A stretch of DNA of 64,000 nt from a virus: positions 1 to 64,000 of IMG/VR virus record IMGVR_UViG_3300020473_000023, one strand, 5' to 3'. Below are positions 1-7,729 of the stretch, piece by piece (positions within the stretch are counted from its first letter, which is position 1; each line of letters starts with the position of its first letter). The translations under genes and the position numbers were made by a program. The notes under the pieces are model-generated. The model saw nothing but the letters and a program-made list of their open reading frames with translations. It had not been told where the DNA came from and made no database searches.

Positions 1-274
1 CCTGCGATGATCTCTGAAGGGAGTATAGGGTCACAGCGTTTCCGTACTTTTCCCTACCGATCGTCGGGCCCCTGTGTCCCAGGGTGTCACGAATGTAATT
101 AAAAAAGTCCTCGTCCTGATTCTTGATTGTTCTCATCAGGACGACTCTTCGAGTGCCATCCTCACTTAGAAGCTGAATGTCGTGCCGGATGGCTTCGCGC
201 ATCAGCTCCTTTCTTCGAATCAGCTCCTCCTCCTCTCGAATGATTTGCATAAGCTTTCTTCTACTAATTTTCAA
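1..274 (-). CDS. Partial protein with N-terminal tag MKISRRKLMQIIREE (runs off the window; not in the ORF track)
   Basis: Hand translation from TTG at 274 is open to the window edge; GAGGAG SD upstream; ATAATTA motif at 311-317. Confidence 0.8.
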   Translation of the reverse strand, partial: MKISRRKLMQIIREEEELIRRKELMREAIRHDIQLLSEDGTRRVVLMRTIKNQDEDFFNYIRDTLGHRGPTIGREKYGNAVTLYSLQRSSQ

Positions 275-316
275 GGCCCTTCTCCTCGCACAAAGATAGA
301 TAACATAGACTAATTA

Positions 317-556
317 TTACACACCTGGGCTACTTACCACCTCAAATTGCCAATAGGGAGAGTTAAACTTCATAAGAACGCCGCCAACCAGGACAGTTCG
401 CGTAACTAGAAATGCGGCGGTAGGATCATCTGCCGCTCCGATCAGCGTTTCCTGCGTCTCAATGAACAGCCCAATGTGCTCCTCGGAGACTGGTGAGTGT
501 TCGGGACGCCGAACGCGAACTAGGTCTCCGGCCTTAGCTCTCTTATAGTCTTTCAT
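317..556 (-). CDS. Small GDLV-family SH3/KOW-like protein
   Basis: MKDYKRAKAGDLVRV...IGLFI...FEVVS; start moved to ATG 556 to avoid overlap. Confidence 0.65.
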   Translation of the reverse strand: MKDYKRAKAGDLVRVRRPEHSPVSEEHIGLFIETQETLIGAADDPTAAFLVTRTVLVGGVLMKFNSPYWQFEVVSSPGV

Positions 557-597
557 GTCTCTTTTTCGTAGCCGAACCTCGGCTAATTCTATTCCCC

Positions 598-1413
598 TCA
601 ACCACCGTGATGGGATTCTCCTGAGATCATATCCTCTAGATGATCGAAGATTGCCGCCCGTGTTGACTTGGGGCACGTTGATCCACTCATCCGCATAAGA
701 CTTTCAATGGCCATGTCAATTAGATCTGGATTTGCCTGAAGAAACATTCGAACCTTGTCATAGCTTTCGGAGTGAGGAGCATCTCTCGTCTCATCTTCTC
801 CACCTAGCCCCATCATTCCTGCCTGGCGGCCTAGTCCCATTGCCTCTTCAGGTGAAAGGTCAGAAAGGTCGCCTGTATAGTCAAAAACCTCTCTCTCATC
901 GTGACCGCTAGCATACCCTGCACCAAAAGCTTCTTCCGGAGACATCATATCTTCTTCTGGAGGTTCAACCATCGACATTATCTGATCCTTCATGTCACAT
1001 CTATTGCATGTTCCGCATCCACAGCCGTGTCCTTCTCTAATAAGCTTAGCTGCTTCTTGAATCACCATTGTTCTTAAATTCATATTTCTTTCCTCATTAT
1101 TTTCTAAATCAGCTTCGCAGGCAGCATAGCCAACTCCTGCTGCCTCACCAGGCGTTAGAGAGTCGGGATCGTGAGACCATGATATTGAATCATGTGGGCC
1201 TGCGTTGCTCTCTTGTGTTTCAAAGTATGCGTGATCAAGGTTGTCCTCAATGTTATCCCCTCCAGCCCAGGCATCTTCTCTTGGTACAACTTCCGCAGGA
1301 TGAAATGCATCTGTTACATCCCTAGGTTCCACTTCAATTGGTAGCGGGGAGATTAAAACAAGCCCAATCTCTTCCTGAATAATTCTTTTCAATCTTTCTC
1401 TAGTCACAGTCAT
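598..1413 (-). CDS. Acidic tagged protein with SPEEAxGxG repeats and a CGCGTC motif; putative virion/head protein
   Basis: MTVTRERLKRIIQEE tag; internal LRTMVIQE; REDAWAGGDN motif; three (S/T)P(E/G)EAxGxG repeats. Confidence 0.7.
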   Translation of the reverse strand: MTVTRERLKRIIQEEIGLVLISPLPIEVEPRDVTDAFHPAEVVPREDAWAGGDNIEDNLDHAYFETQESNAGPHDSISWSHDPDSLTPGEAAGVGYAACEADLENNEERNMNLRTMVIQEAAKLIREGHGCGCGTCNRCDMKDQIMSMVEPPEEDMMSPEEAFGAGYASGHDEREVFDYTGDLSDLSPEEAMGLGRQAGMMGLGGEDETRDAPHSESYDKVRMFLQANPDLIDMAIESLMRMSGSTCPKSTRAAIFDHLEDMISGESHHGG

Positions 1414-1436
1414 GATATATTCTCTATCACAAATAA

Positions 1437-1634
1437 CTATTTTGATTCAAGGGTAACGATCCATGATTCTGCAACATTTTTTACGCTTCCTCCAACGAGG
1501 ACTGCCCACATTCTGTACCTCTCATCGTAGTGGGTGGACAAAGATCTTATGACAAGTCCAAATTCTCGTCGAACCTCCCTATCGGGAGGAACTACTAAGA
1601 CAACGTCACCTGACCTAATCCAACCCTTAGTCAT
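1437..1634 (-). CDS. Small GDLV-family protein
   Basis: SGDVVLV...FGLVI...AVLV pattern; overlaps the upstream gene's stop. Confidence 0.65.
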   Translation of the reverse strand: MTKGWIRSGDVVLVVPPDREVRREFGLVIRSLSTHYDERYRMWAVLVGGSVKNVAESWIVTLESK

Positions 1635-1834
1635 CCTATCTTCACAAAGAACTGCGTGTTATAAGTGCTGACAGTTCCTTCAAACAAAACTTCAGCTAGA
1701 TCAAGTATCTTACCCTCCGTCGTCCTATAAGTGTATACCCTAAGTATGAGTCCTATCGATCCAACACTCTTGTAGAACGCACCTGTCTCTGTTGCGTCAA
1801 TAAAATAGGCTAGGTCATTTTCACCTATTTCCAT
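1631..1834 (-). CDS. Small GDLV-like protein
   Basis: ENDLAYF...IGLIL...EVLF pattern. Confidence 0.6.
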   Translation of the reverse strand: MEIGENDLAYFIDATETGAFYKSVGSIGLILRVYTYRTTEGKILDLAEVLFEGTVSTYNTQFFVKIG

Positions 1835-1975
1835 CTAAAATAGAAGTGCACCAATTGCACCGTAGAGAAGAACACCAACCATAGCAGTGAGAAACCCCAT
1901 GGCCAGAATGACTGATATGAAGTCTTTTACGGTCACGCCCCTGCTGTCAAGAAAATCAGTAAGCTTATCAAACAT
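1835..1975 (-). CDS. 46-aa single-pass membrane protein (not in the ORF track)
   Basis: MFDKLTDFLDSRGVTVKDFISVILAMGFLTAMVGVLLYGAIGALLF; AGGGGG SD; fills the gap exactly. Confidence 0.65.
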   Translation of the reverse strand: MFDKLTDFLDSRGVTVKDFISVILAMGFLTAMVGVLLYGAIGALLF

Positions 1976-2003
1976 ATTACCCCCTTAAAAATACGTATGG
2001 GGG

Positions 2004-2219
2004 TCAAGAAGATTCAGATATGACCTCTATCATTGATCCGCTTCTCTCGGTGGTCATAAAGCAGCGCTGACCTTCTGAAAGGACGTAGACATGATCTTGA
2101 GAGATGTGGGTGATCATTCCCCTTCTGGGAATAGATGTCATGACGACCTCGCTCTTGCCAGCTCGTGATATGACGTACATTCCTGAGAAACTAATCAGAT
2201 CGCCTGCCTTGTATTTCAA
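2004..2219 (-). CDS. Small GDLV-family protein
   Basis: MKYKAGDLI...RGMI...EVISE. Confidence 0.65.
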   Translation of the reverse strand: MKYKAGDLISFSGMYVISRAGKSEVVMTSIPRRGMITHISQDHVYVLSEGQRCFMTTERSGSMIEVISESS

Positions 2220-2457
2220 TTTCGCTTATCACCTCAAAATGCTTAGGGGACACCCACGAAGTAACTCTTTCTCCTTTTGTAGACATCGCCTTCGCATTAA
2301 TAGGTATGTCGCTGCCCATCCACATGACTCTAATTCTGTGGTGATATTCTGATTCAGGAGAGCTTTGATCAATGATCATTCCCATGGGTCGGTCAAATGA
2401 GACAACATCACCCCAGTACATCTTTACATTGTATATCACTAGATCGCCAATCTTCAT
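2191..2457 (-). CDS. Small GDLV-family protein
   Basis: MKIGDLV...MGMII...VMW...FEVISE; start moved to ATG 2457. Confidence 0.7.
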   Translation of the reverse strand: MKIGDLVIYNVKMYWGDVVSFDRPMGMIIDQSSPESEYHHRIRVMWMGSDIPINAKAMSTKGERVTSWVSPKHFEVISEIEIQGRRSD

Positions 2458-2470
2458 TTTTAAGCTCAAT

Positions 2471-2734
2471 TTATTTTTCGTAATATGGGTTTTCCGCTTT
2501 GTCATGATCTGTAAGATCTACGATGTCTGTCACTTCTGGAAACTCTTCTGTGAGATACGCGCTAACCTGACCTTGCAGCGTTTGTTTAGAAGCAGCGCAG
2601 CCTTGACAACCTCCACTAAGTGAAACATACAGAATGCCCTCTCCATCAATGTTTTCGACAGCTAGGTGGCCTCCATGTCCTGCAAGAGCTGGGTTGATAT
2701 ACTCATTAACAAAATGCCTTATCTTTTCAATCAT
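2471..2734 (-). CDS. NifU/NfuA-like Fe-S cluster carrier domain protein
   Basis: INPALAGHGG...LSGGCQGC motif and NfuA-like C-terminal DLTDH...NPYY. Confidence 0.9.
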   Translation of the reverse strand: MIEKIRHFVNEYINPALAGHGGHLAVENIDGEGILYVSLSGGCQGCAASKQTLQGQVSAYLTEEFPEVTDIVDLTDHDKAENPYYEK

Positions 2735-2737
2735 GCT

Positions 2738-2923
2738 TCACTTTCCTTCACTAATCACCCTCAACTTATCAGCGTACCACCATCCCATTGGATAAGATGG
2801 GCTGTGCCAAAGAACATAGACGTCAGCTCTTTCCGACCACGAGCGAGTATCGAGGATCATCCCAACGCAGTGAAGGCCTCGACGCGCATCCTCAAGGGCA
2901 ATGACAAGATCACCCTTCTTCAT
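2738..2923 (-). CDS. Small GDLV-family protein
   Basis: MKKGDLV...VGMIL...VLW...LRVISE. Confidence 0.7.
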   Translation of the reverse strand: MKKGDLVIALEDARRGLHCVGMILDTRSWSERADVYVLWHSPSYPMGWWYADKLRVISEGK

Positions 2924-3098
2924 CTGTCATCTTATCCCAGGTGATCTCAAACCCCCAGTGAAGAGACACAAGGAGAAGGTGAAGCAGCATCGTAAATCCA
3001 GATGCTTCCTTCACGCTACCGGTCACTGCCCATGTCAAGATAAATGTAGCTGTGAGTGATATCAGTCGCCACGTGATGACCTTATACAGCCGATTCAT
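2910..3098 (-). CDS. Small membrane protein (DUF2061-like)
   Basis: KVITWRLIS...TG...two hydrophobic segments...E..W. Confidence 0.6.
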   Translation of the reverse strand: MNRLYKVITWRLISLTATFILTWAVTGSVKEASGFTMLLHLLLVSLHWGFEITWDKMTDEEG

Positions 3099-3940
3099 TT
3101 ATTGCCACCGATCAACTTCTTCTGATTGACAAGCCACATTGGAATCAGAGCGCTGACTGTGTCTCCGATCTTTGCTCTTCTAATCGAGTCAACCTGGCTA
3201 AATGGGACCCACGCCTTCTTTCCGTTTGTCGTAACAATTAGTGCAGCCTTGTTAGACTTCTTCTCAACTGTAACAATGATGGGAACTGCGTTGTTTTCAC
3301 GCTCAGCCTTCATAATCTTGTCATAAACAGTTGTGTCAGGCTCTGGGTCAACAACCTCAACAAGGGAGGTCGAAGGCCAGTGCTTCTTTCCTGCCTGATC
3401 AAGTACGATCAGCTTTTCTGTACCCCAGTTGTTAGTGAACTTCCTCTCGACGAGACCGACTGTCCCAACCTTTTGACGCCTTTCAATCGGTCCCCTGCCT
3501 GCCTTAACGATCTTCACAAGCTTTCCTTCTGACACCGTCCATCGTGCAAGCTCTTTACTGAGGTCGCCTGCAAGTTGCCGCCAACGATGGTCAAGAGCAT
3601 CAAGCTCTTTGGACTCTTCTGGCGTGTATGTGGGATGCCAGGTTGAATTCCGATTCCACTGATCATACTTGCTATTACCTGGAGCTAGACCAGACATCTC
3701 CCTAGAGTCAGGAGTGCAGCTATCACTCGGGCAAGAAGCATACTGTGCGTAGCTTCCTCGAATACAATCAAGGGTGTCCCACGTGACAACCCATCCTCGG
3801 CCTCGACACTTATCACAACCACCTGCGTCGATAAAGGCTTTCTCAGCGGCGACACGATGTGCTGCCTTGAAAGAGCCAAGCTCCTCACCGACTCGCTTGT
3901 ATTCTTCTCTAATTTCTTCGGTCCGATTCTTGAGTCGCAT
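3095..3940 (-). CDS. Hypothetical protein with CxxCxGxG zinc finger and SH3-like domains
   Basis: CDKCRGRG; strong SD; RTGTAA promoter upstream. Confidence 0.7.
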   Translation of the reverse strand: MRLKNRTEEIREEYKRVGEELGSFKAAHRVAAEKAFIDAGGCDKCRGRGWVVTWDTLDCIRGSYAQYASCPSDSCTPDSREMSGLAPGNSKYDQWNRNSTWHPTYTPEESKELDALDHRWRQLAGDLSKELARWTVSEGKLVKIVKAGRGPIERRQKVGTVGLVERKFTNNWGTEKLIVLDQAGKKHWPSTSLVEVVDPEPDTTVYDKIMKAERENNAVPIIVTVEKKSNKAALIVTTNGKKAWVPFSQVDSIRRAKIGDTVSALIPMWLVNQKKLIGGNK

Positions 3941-3960
3941 ATTATCTCCTTGATGTTCCC

Positions 3961-3989
3961 ATTATACCATGGAAACAAGCAGCTTACAT
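3961..3989 (-). promoter_or_regulatory. Class-E promoter ATGTAA-N17-TATAAT
   Basis: Exact 17-nt spacer; one of ten copies. Confidence 0.75.
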
Positions 3990-4429
3990 GCTAAGCATCA
4001 TACCAATAAATAATCTCTTCAAGGTCGTTATTGATGCTCAATGCAATAGAGCAATATGAACTTTCCTCACACAATTTCTCTAGACAGCCACTTTCTTTTT
4101 TTCCTGACTTCTTAGATGCCCTGTGTATTCTTTGAAACTTTTCATCCTCTTCTGGGCGATCCCACGTCATCCTGTGAAATACAGATGAAACAGGTGTGAC
4201 CTTAGTCATCTCTCGTTACGACTAGGATTGTAGTCGTCACCCCTGCTAGCATCAACACTACAGCTACTACCAAAATTGTCATATTCATCACTATCTCCAT
4301 ATCTCTTTTTAAGACGGCTTGCAATTCTCCCTCTAAGAAGAACTACGCCTATTCCTACAAGCGCTGTAAACCCAAGTGCCACATAGTCAATTGAATCATC
4401 AAGCCTTTCTCTTAGAGATTTTCGATTCA

Positions 4430-5275
4430 TTATGACACAGCCTCAAGCCTAAAGCCTACTTGCGGGGGAGACTGGACCCAGAAATCAAGTTTACTAAAGA
4501 GCTTATCTTCTCTCGCATCAAGTCTGGACTTATTGTTCTTCATCATAGTTTCAAGGTTCTGCTTCTTTTTCACAGCTCTGTCAGAACACTCATTCAGTCG
4601 GTGAGTGAGCTCACTTCTTCGGGTAACATACTCAGATTGTGCAGCTGTTATCTGAGATGAAAGCTTATCAACTTCGGCGTGGTTTCTAATTACAACCTCC
4701 CCAAAAAGAACACTGCACTTCTTCATTGCCCGACCCTTTTTCATCCGCGCCTTTCCTCGAGATCCCGGAGCGGCCGGGTGAAAGTCATCAGGTGTTAGCC
4801 CTTCATAGAAGAGAACAGTAAATTCTGTGAAGCCTTCATTGGCGATTACATACAGGTAGTCAAGAGATCCCTTTTTCTTAAGGGTGGCAAGGTCTGTTTG
4901 AAGATCATACCCGCCAGAAGTTCTACCTGAAGTTAGCTTACACTCAAGCTCCTTTCCAATCTCTCCAATAACGATATCAGCCTTTCCCGTACGCCCATCA
5001 GCATCAACTCCGCTAAACTTCTTAGCTAGCTCCTTAGCAAAGAAATGCTCCTGGGTTTGTGACATAATAACATTTCTTCGACCAAGATTGCTTTTAAAGT
5101 CCATCCCCCAGTCAGCAAATAAGGCAATCATATTCTGGTGGAATCCCATCATGTTCTTCAGGGCAGCTTTTGTCATCTCATGTGTAATATACGATTCCAC
5201 CCTATTCCTCCAGATCTCGAGGTCGACTAAACATATTTGTCTTCTTTTCATCATCAAGTCTTTCGACACAGTCAA
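4430..5275 (-). CDS. PD-(D/E)xK endonuclease-like protein with C-terminal coiled coil
   Basis: ADIVI...ELECKLT catalytic-type motif. Confidence 0.6.
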   Translation of the reverse strand: MTVSKDLMMKRRQICLVDLEIWRNRVESYITHEMTKAALKNMMGFHQNMIALFADWGMDFKSNLGRRNVIMSQTQEHFFAKELAKKFSGVDADGRTGKADIVIGEIGKELECKLTSGRTSGGYDLQTDLATLKKKGSLDYLYVIANEGFTEFTVLFYEGLTPDDFHPAAPGSRGKARMKKGRAMKKCSVLFGEVVIRNHAEVDKLSSQITAAQSEYVTRRSELTHRLNECSDRAVKKKQNLETMMKNNKSRLDAREDKLFSKLDFWVQSPPQVGFRLEAVS

Positions 5276-5423
5276 GAGGAACGGGTACTGAATTTATAGA
5301 CTGTCCGCTTTTAACTTGGATGCCTTCAAAGAGGCTTACCCAGAGCTTATCTCCGACAGAAATGACTACACCATTCCCGTAGGGTGTCTTAACTCTGGCT
5401 CCAATTTCAATCTCATCGCTCAT
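5202..5423 (-). CDS. Small SH3-like protein (GDLV-like)
   Basis: IEIGARVKTPYGNGVVI; AGGAG SD. Confidence 0.55.
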   Translation of the reverse strand: MSDEIEIGARVKTPYGNGVVISVGDKLWVSLFEGIQVKSGQSINSVPVPLDCVERLDDEKKTNMFSRPRDLEE

Positions 5424-5441
5424 TTTCTTTCTCCTGTTATG

Positions 5442-5518
<77 letters not shown>

Positions 5519-5524
5519 AATAAA

Positions 5525-5600
<76 letters not shown>

Positions 5601-5608
5601 ATAGGTCA

Positions 5609-5827
5609 CTATTTCTTCCTTTCTTTCTTCTTGGCCTTGGGCTTCTCAACTGACTCACCGGTCAGGACCTTAAATCGAGATCCTCCCGCGCCACATCGTC
5701 GAATCTTTGTAAGCTCTCCCTTTTCATTGAGAGCAGCTCTCTTCTCATCAGCATCTTTATATGTGCTATAGATGCCTACCTTATTCCACTTAAACTTCTG
5801 TGGATTGTGTTTGACTTCTTCTTCCAC
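5609..5827 (-). CDS. Small basic hypothetical protein
   Basis: GTG start with AGGAG SD. Confidence 0.6.
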   Translation of the reverse strand: MEEEVKHNPQKFKWNKVGIYSTYKDADEKRAALNEKGELTKIRRCGAGGSRFKVLTGESVEKPKAKKKERKK

Positions 5828-5866
5828 GATTTCTCCTGTGTTAGAATAGTTATTGTAAAGGGTTAA

Positions 5867-5923
5867 GGTGTCAGGCGGCCAACCAAGGAGGCTTCACAGA
5901 GGCATCCCGAACCGCCTGACACC
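5867..5923 (-). ncRNA. Candidate 3'-UTR hairpin RNA with an anti-RBS segment
   Basis: 12-bp perfect inverted repeat GGTGTCAGGCGG/CCGCCTGACACC enclosing CTCCTTGGTTG; no U-tract. Confidence 0.45.
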
Positions 5924-5931
5924 GATGTCTT

Positions 5932-6681
5932 CTACGAGACTGACACTCGAGACACCTCCATGAAACCCTTCTCTTGAAGCTGAAGGAAGAAGATGTGACC
6001 GGCACCGCCGAATCGGTTCTTCTCAACCTGAAGGACTCGGCATCCAGCCAAGTCCTGGTCCTTTCGCTCCACATCAAGTGTAACCATTGCGTCCACCATG
6101 TGCTTAAGGACATTGGCACCAGCCATTTGTCCGTTCTTCGTGACCTGTCCAATCACGATGGCATTGCAAAAGTTAGCCTTGCAGTAATCTGTAATCATAG
6201 ACAGCGACCGCTGTGCTGTCTTAGAGTTAGTCTGATGGTCGCCGTACTTTCCATCATTGAGACACTGAAGAGAGTCAATGATCAGAAAGAACGGCTTGTT
6301 TGGATTCTTAGCACGGAGCTTATCACAGTCCTCAAGAAGCTTCGGAACCATTGTCTCTTGCCCGGCAACAAATCCGTGTCGGAGGCGAAGCCTCTCAACA
6401 GTCATCTTAAGCTGGAAGAGAGATTCCTCTGCTGTGTTGAATAGAACTGTGGCGCCATTGCCAGTAAATGCATTTGCCAGCTCCAGCATCATTGTGGTCT
6501 TTCCAGCACCGGGAGTCCCAGTGAAAAGTGTAACCATCGAAGGAGTAAACCCACGTCCTCCCATTGCATCATCAAAGTATGTAAGTCCGGATCGGACGCG
6601 ACGTCGCAACTGCTGTGGTACTTCAACATCAAGAATGTTGGTTCCAAACTTAATATCACCTGCGTTTACATTGAGCTTCAT
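5932..6681 (-). CDS. radA: RadA/Sms-like ATPase (RecA-fold core only)
   Basis: GTPGAGKTT, EES, IDSLQ, GQVTK..AG..LKHMVD and KNRFG signature. Confidence 0.85.
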   Translation of the reverse strand: MKLNVNAGDIKFGTNILDVEVPQQLRRRVRSGLTYFDDAMGGRGFTPSMVTLFTGTPGAGKTTMMLELANAFTGNGATVLFNTAEESLFQLKMTVERLRLRHGFVAGQETMVPKLLEDCDKLRAKNPNKPFFLIIDSLQCLNDGKYGDHQTNSKTAQRSLSMITDYCKANFCNAIVIGQVTKNGQMAGANVLKHMVDAMVTLDVERKDQDLAGCRVLQVEKNRFGGAGHIFFLQLQEKGFMEVSRVSVS

Positions 6682-6706
6682 AACATCTCCTTGGTTGTGT
6701 GTGCTG

Positions 6707-6997
6707 TTAGCTCTGTTTCCTTTCTAAAATATTATACCACACCACTTTGCTGTTTACACGCGGCATAAAGTAACTATGCCAAATCATGTGATAGACTGCC
6801 CTGTGCCCCTCTTTAAGAAGACAATCGGCAAATTCAGTGATATCTGGTCTCCGAAAACCCTTTGAGCTATTGTGATAAAACCAGCCGTCTTTATAGTCGA
6901 CATCGTGATCCTTTGGGTCAGAGCCCGCGTCTGAGAGAATATCATTGAATAGTGCAATGCACATCTTCTTTTTCTCGTAACTGTTCCATTTTGCCAT
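6707..6997 (-). CDS. Hypothetical protein, probably leaderless
   Basis: ATG lies 6 nt downstream of TATAAT. Confidence 0.6.
   Translation of the reverse strand: MAKWNSYEKKKMCIALFNDILSDAGSDPKDHDVDYKDGWFYHNSSKGFRRPDITEFADCLLKEGHRAVYHMIWHSYFMPRVNSKVVWYNILERKQS
6731..6759 (-). promoter_or_regulatory. Class-E promoter GTGTAA-N17-TATAAT for radA
   Basis: Exact consensus and spacing, embedded in the end of the upstream ORF. Confidence 0.75.
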
Positions 6998-7003
6998 AGC
7001 TTT

Positions 7004-7032
7004 ATTATACAGCAGCTTCTAAGAAATTACAC
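7004..7032 (-). promoter_or_regulatory. Class-E promoter GTGTAA-N17-TATAAT
   Basis: Exact consensus and spacing. Confidence 0.75.
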
Positions 7033-7040
7033 GGGTAATG

Positions 7041-7256
7041 CTAACTTAGCTGCCTAGATAAAAGGACTAAAGATGTTCCACTTTCAATTGTGGGATTTTT
7101 ATCATCTTTTACTGGAACCTGATTCCAGAAGACTTCATATTCATCACACAAGGGCCTGTGAGCTCTCGTGTAGCAGCTTACTATGATTCCAACACACTCA
7201 GGAAAGACAGAGTGTCTAACAAGATCACCCGGGGAAAATGAATCTTCTGCCCCCAC
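7041..7256 (-). CDS. Small GDLV-family protein
   Basis: FSPGDLVRH...VGIIV...VFW...LVLLS. Confidence 0.7.
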   Translation of the reverse strand: MGAEDSFSPGDLVRHSVFPECVGIIVSCYTRAHRPLCDEYEVFWNQVPVKDDKNPTIESGTSLVLLSRQLS

Positions 7257-7262
7257 AGCTCC

Positions 7263-7424
7263 TCACACAGATCCTTTGTATGCCTCTCTCAAAAGCTTTC
7301 TAATTAGCAACCTGGTCTTTTCAGACTCTGAAAGCTTTGGCTTCTCAATTTTTTCTTTTGATCCGGGATCTTTTAAAGCTTCGCTAATTAAAATCTCTCT
7401 CAGCTGTCTTCTGGAAATTTTCAT
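7263..7424 (-). CDS. 53-aa protein made almost entirely of two tag motifs (not in the ORF track)
   Basis: MKISRRQLREILISEA...LLIRKLLREAYKGSV; GAGGA SD; ATAGTTA at 7440-7446. Confidence 0.75.
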   Translation of the reverse strand: MKISRRQLREILISEALKDPGSKEKIEKPKLSESEKTRLLIRKLLREAYKGSV

Positions 7425-7475
7425 GGCTTCCTCATAAGATAACTATATCTCGCAATATGAAATAGTATTCACTGT

Positions 7476-7727
7476 CTAGACTTCTTCTTCAGATTCGTCT
7501 AAAAGCCCAAGAGACTTAAGATAGTCTGATATCTGCCTATTCACAGGAACATCACTATATGCACTTCGGGAAGGACCTTCAGGCCAGCCGCCGTGTGACG
7601 TATCCCTGTCTAGAAACAGATTGCTGTCAGTTGCGGTGACATACCGCTGGTCGGGATAAGAGCCACCTGTGGACTTTTTAAGCCGCTCCCTTATGATGGT
7701 GCGAAGTTGTGTCTCGCTAATCTTCAT
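7476..7727 (-). CDS. Tagged hypothetical protein
   Basis: MKISETQLRTIIRER N-terminus. Confidence 0.75.
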   Translation of the reverse strand: MKISETQLRTIIRERLKKSTGGSYPDQRYVTATDSNLFLDRDTSHGGWPEGPSRSAYSDVPVNRQISDYLKSLGLLDESEEEV

Positions 7728-7729
7728 CT

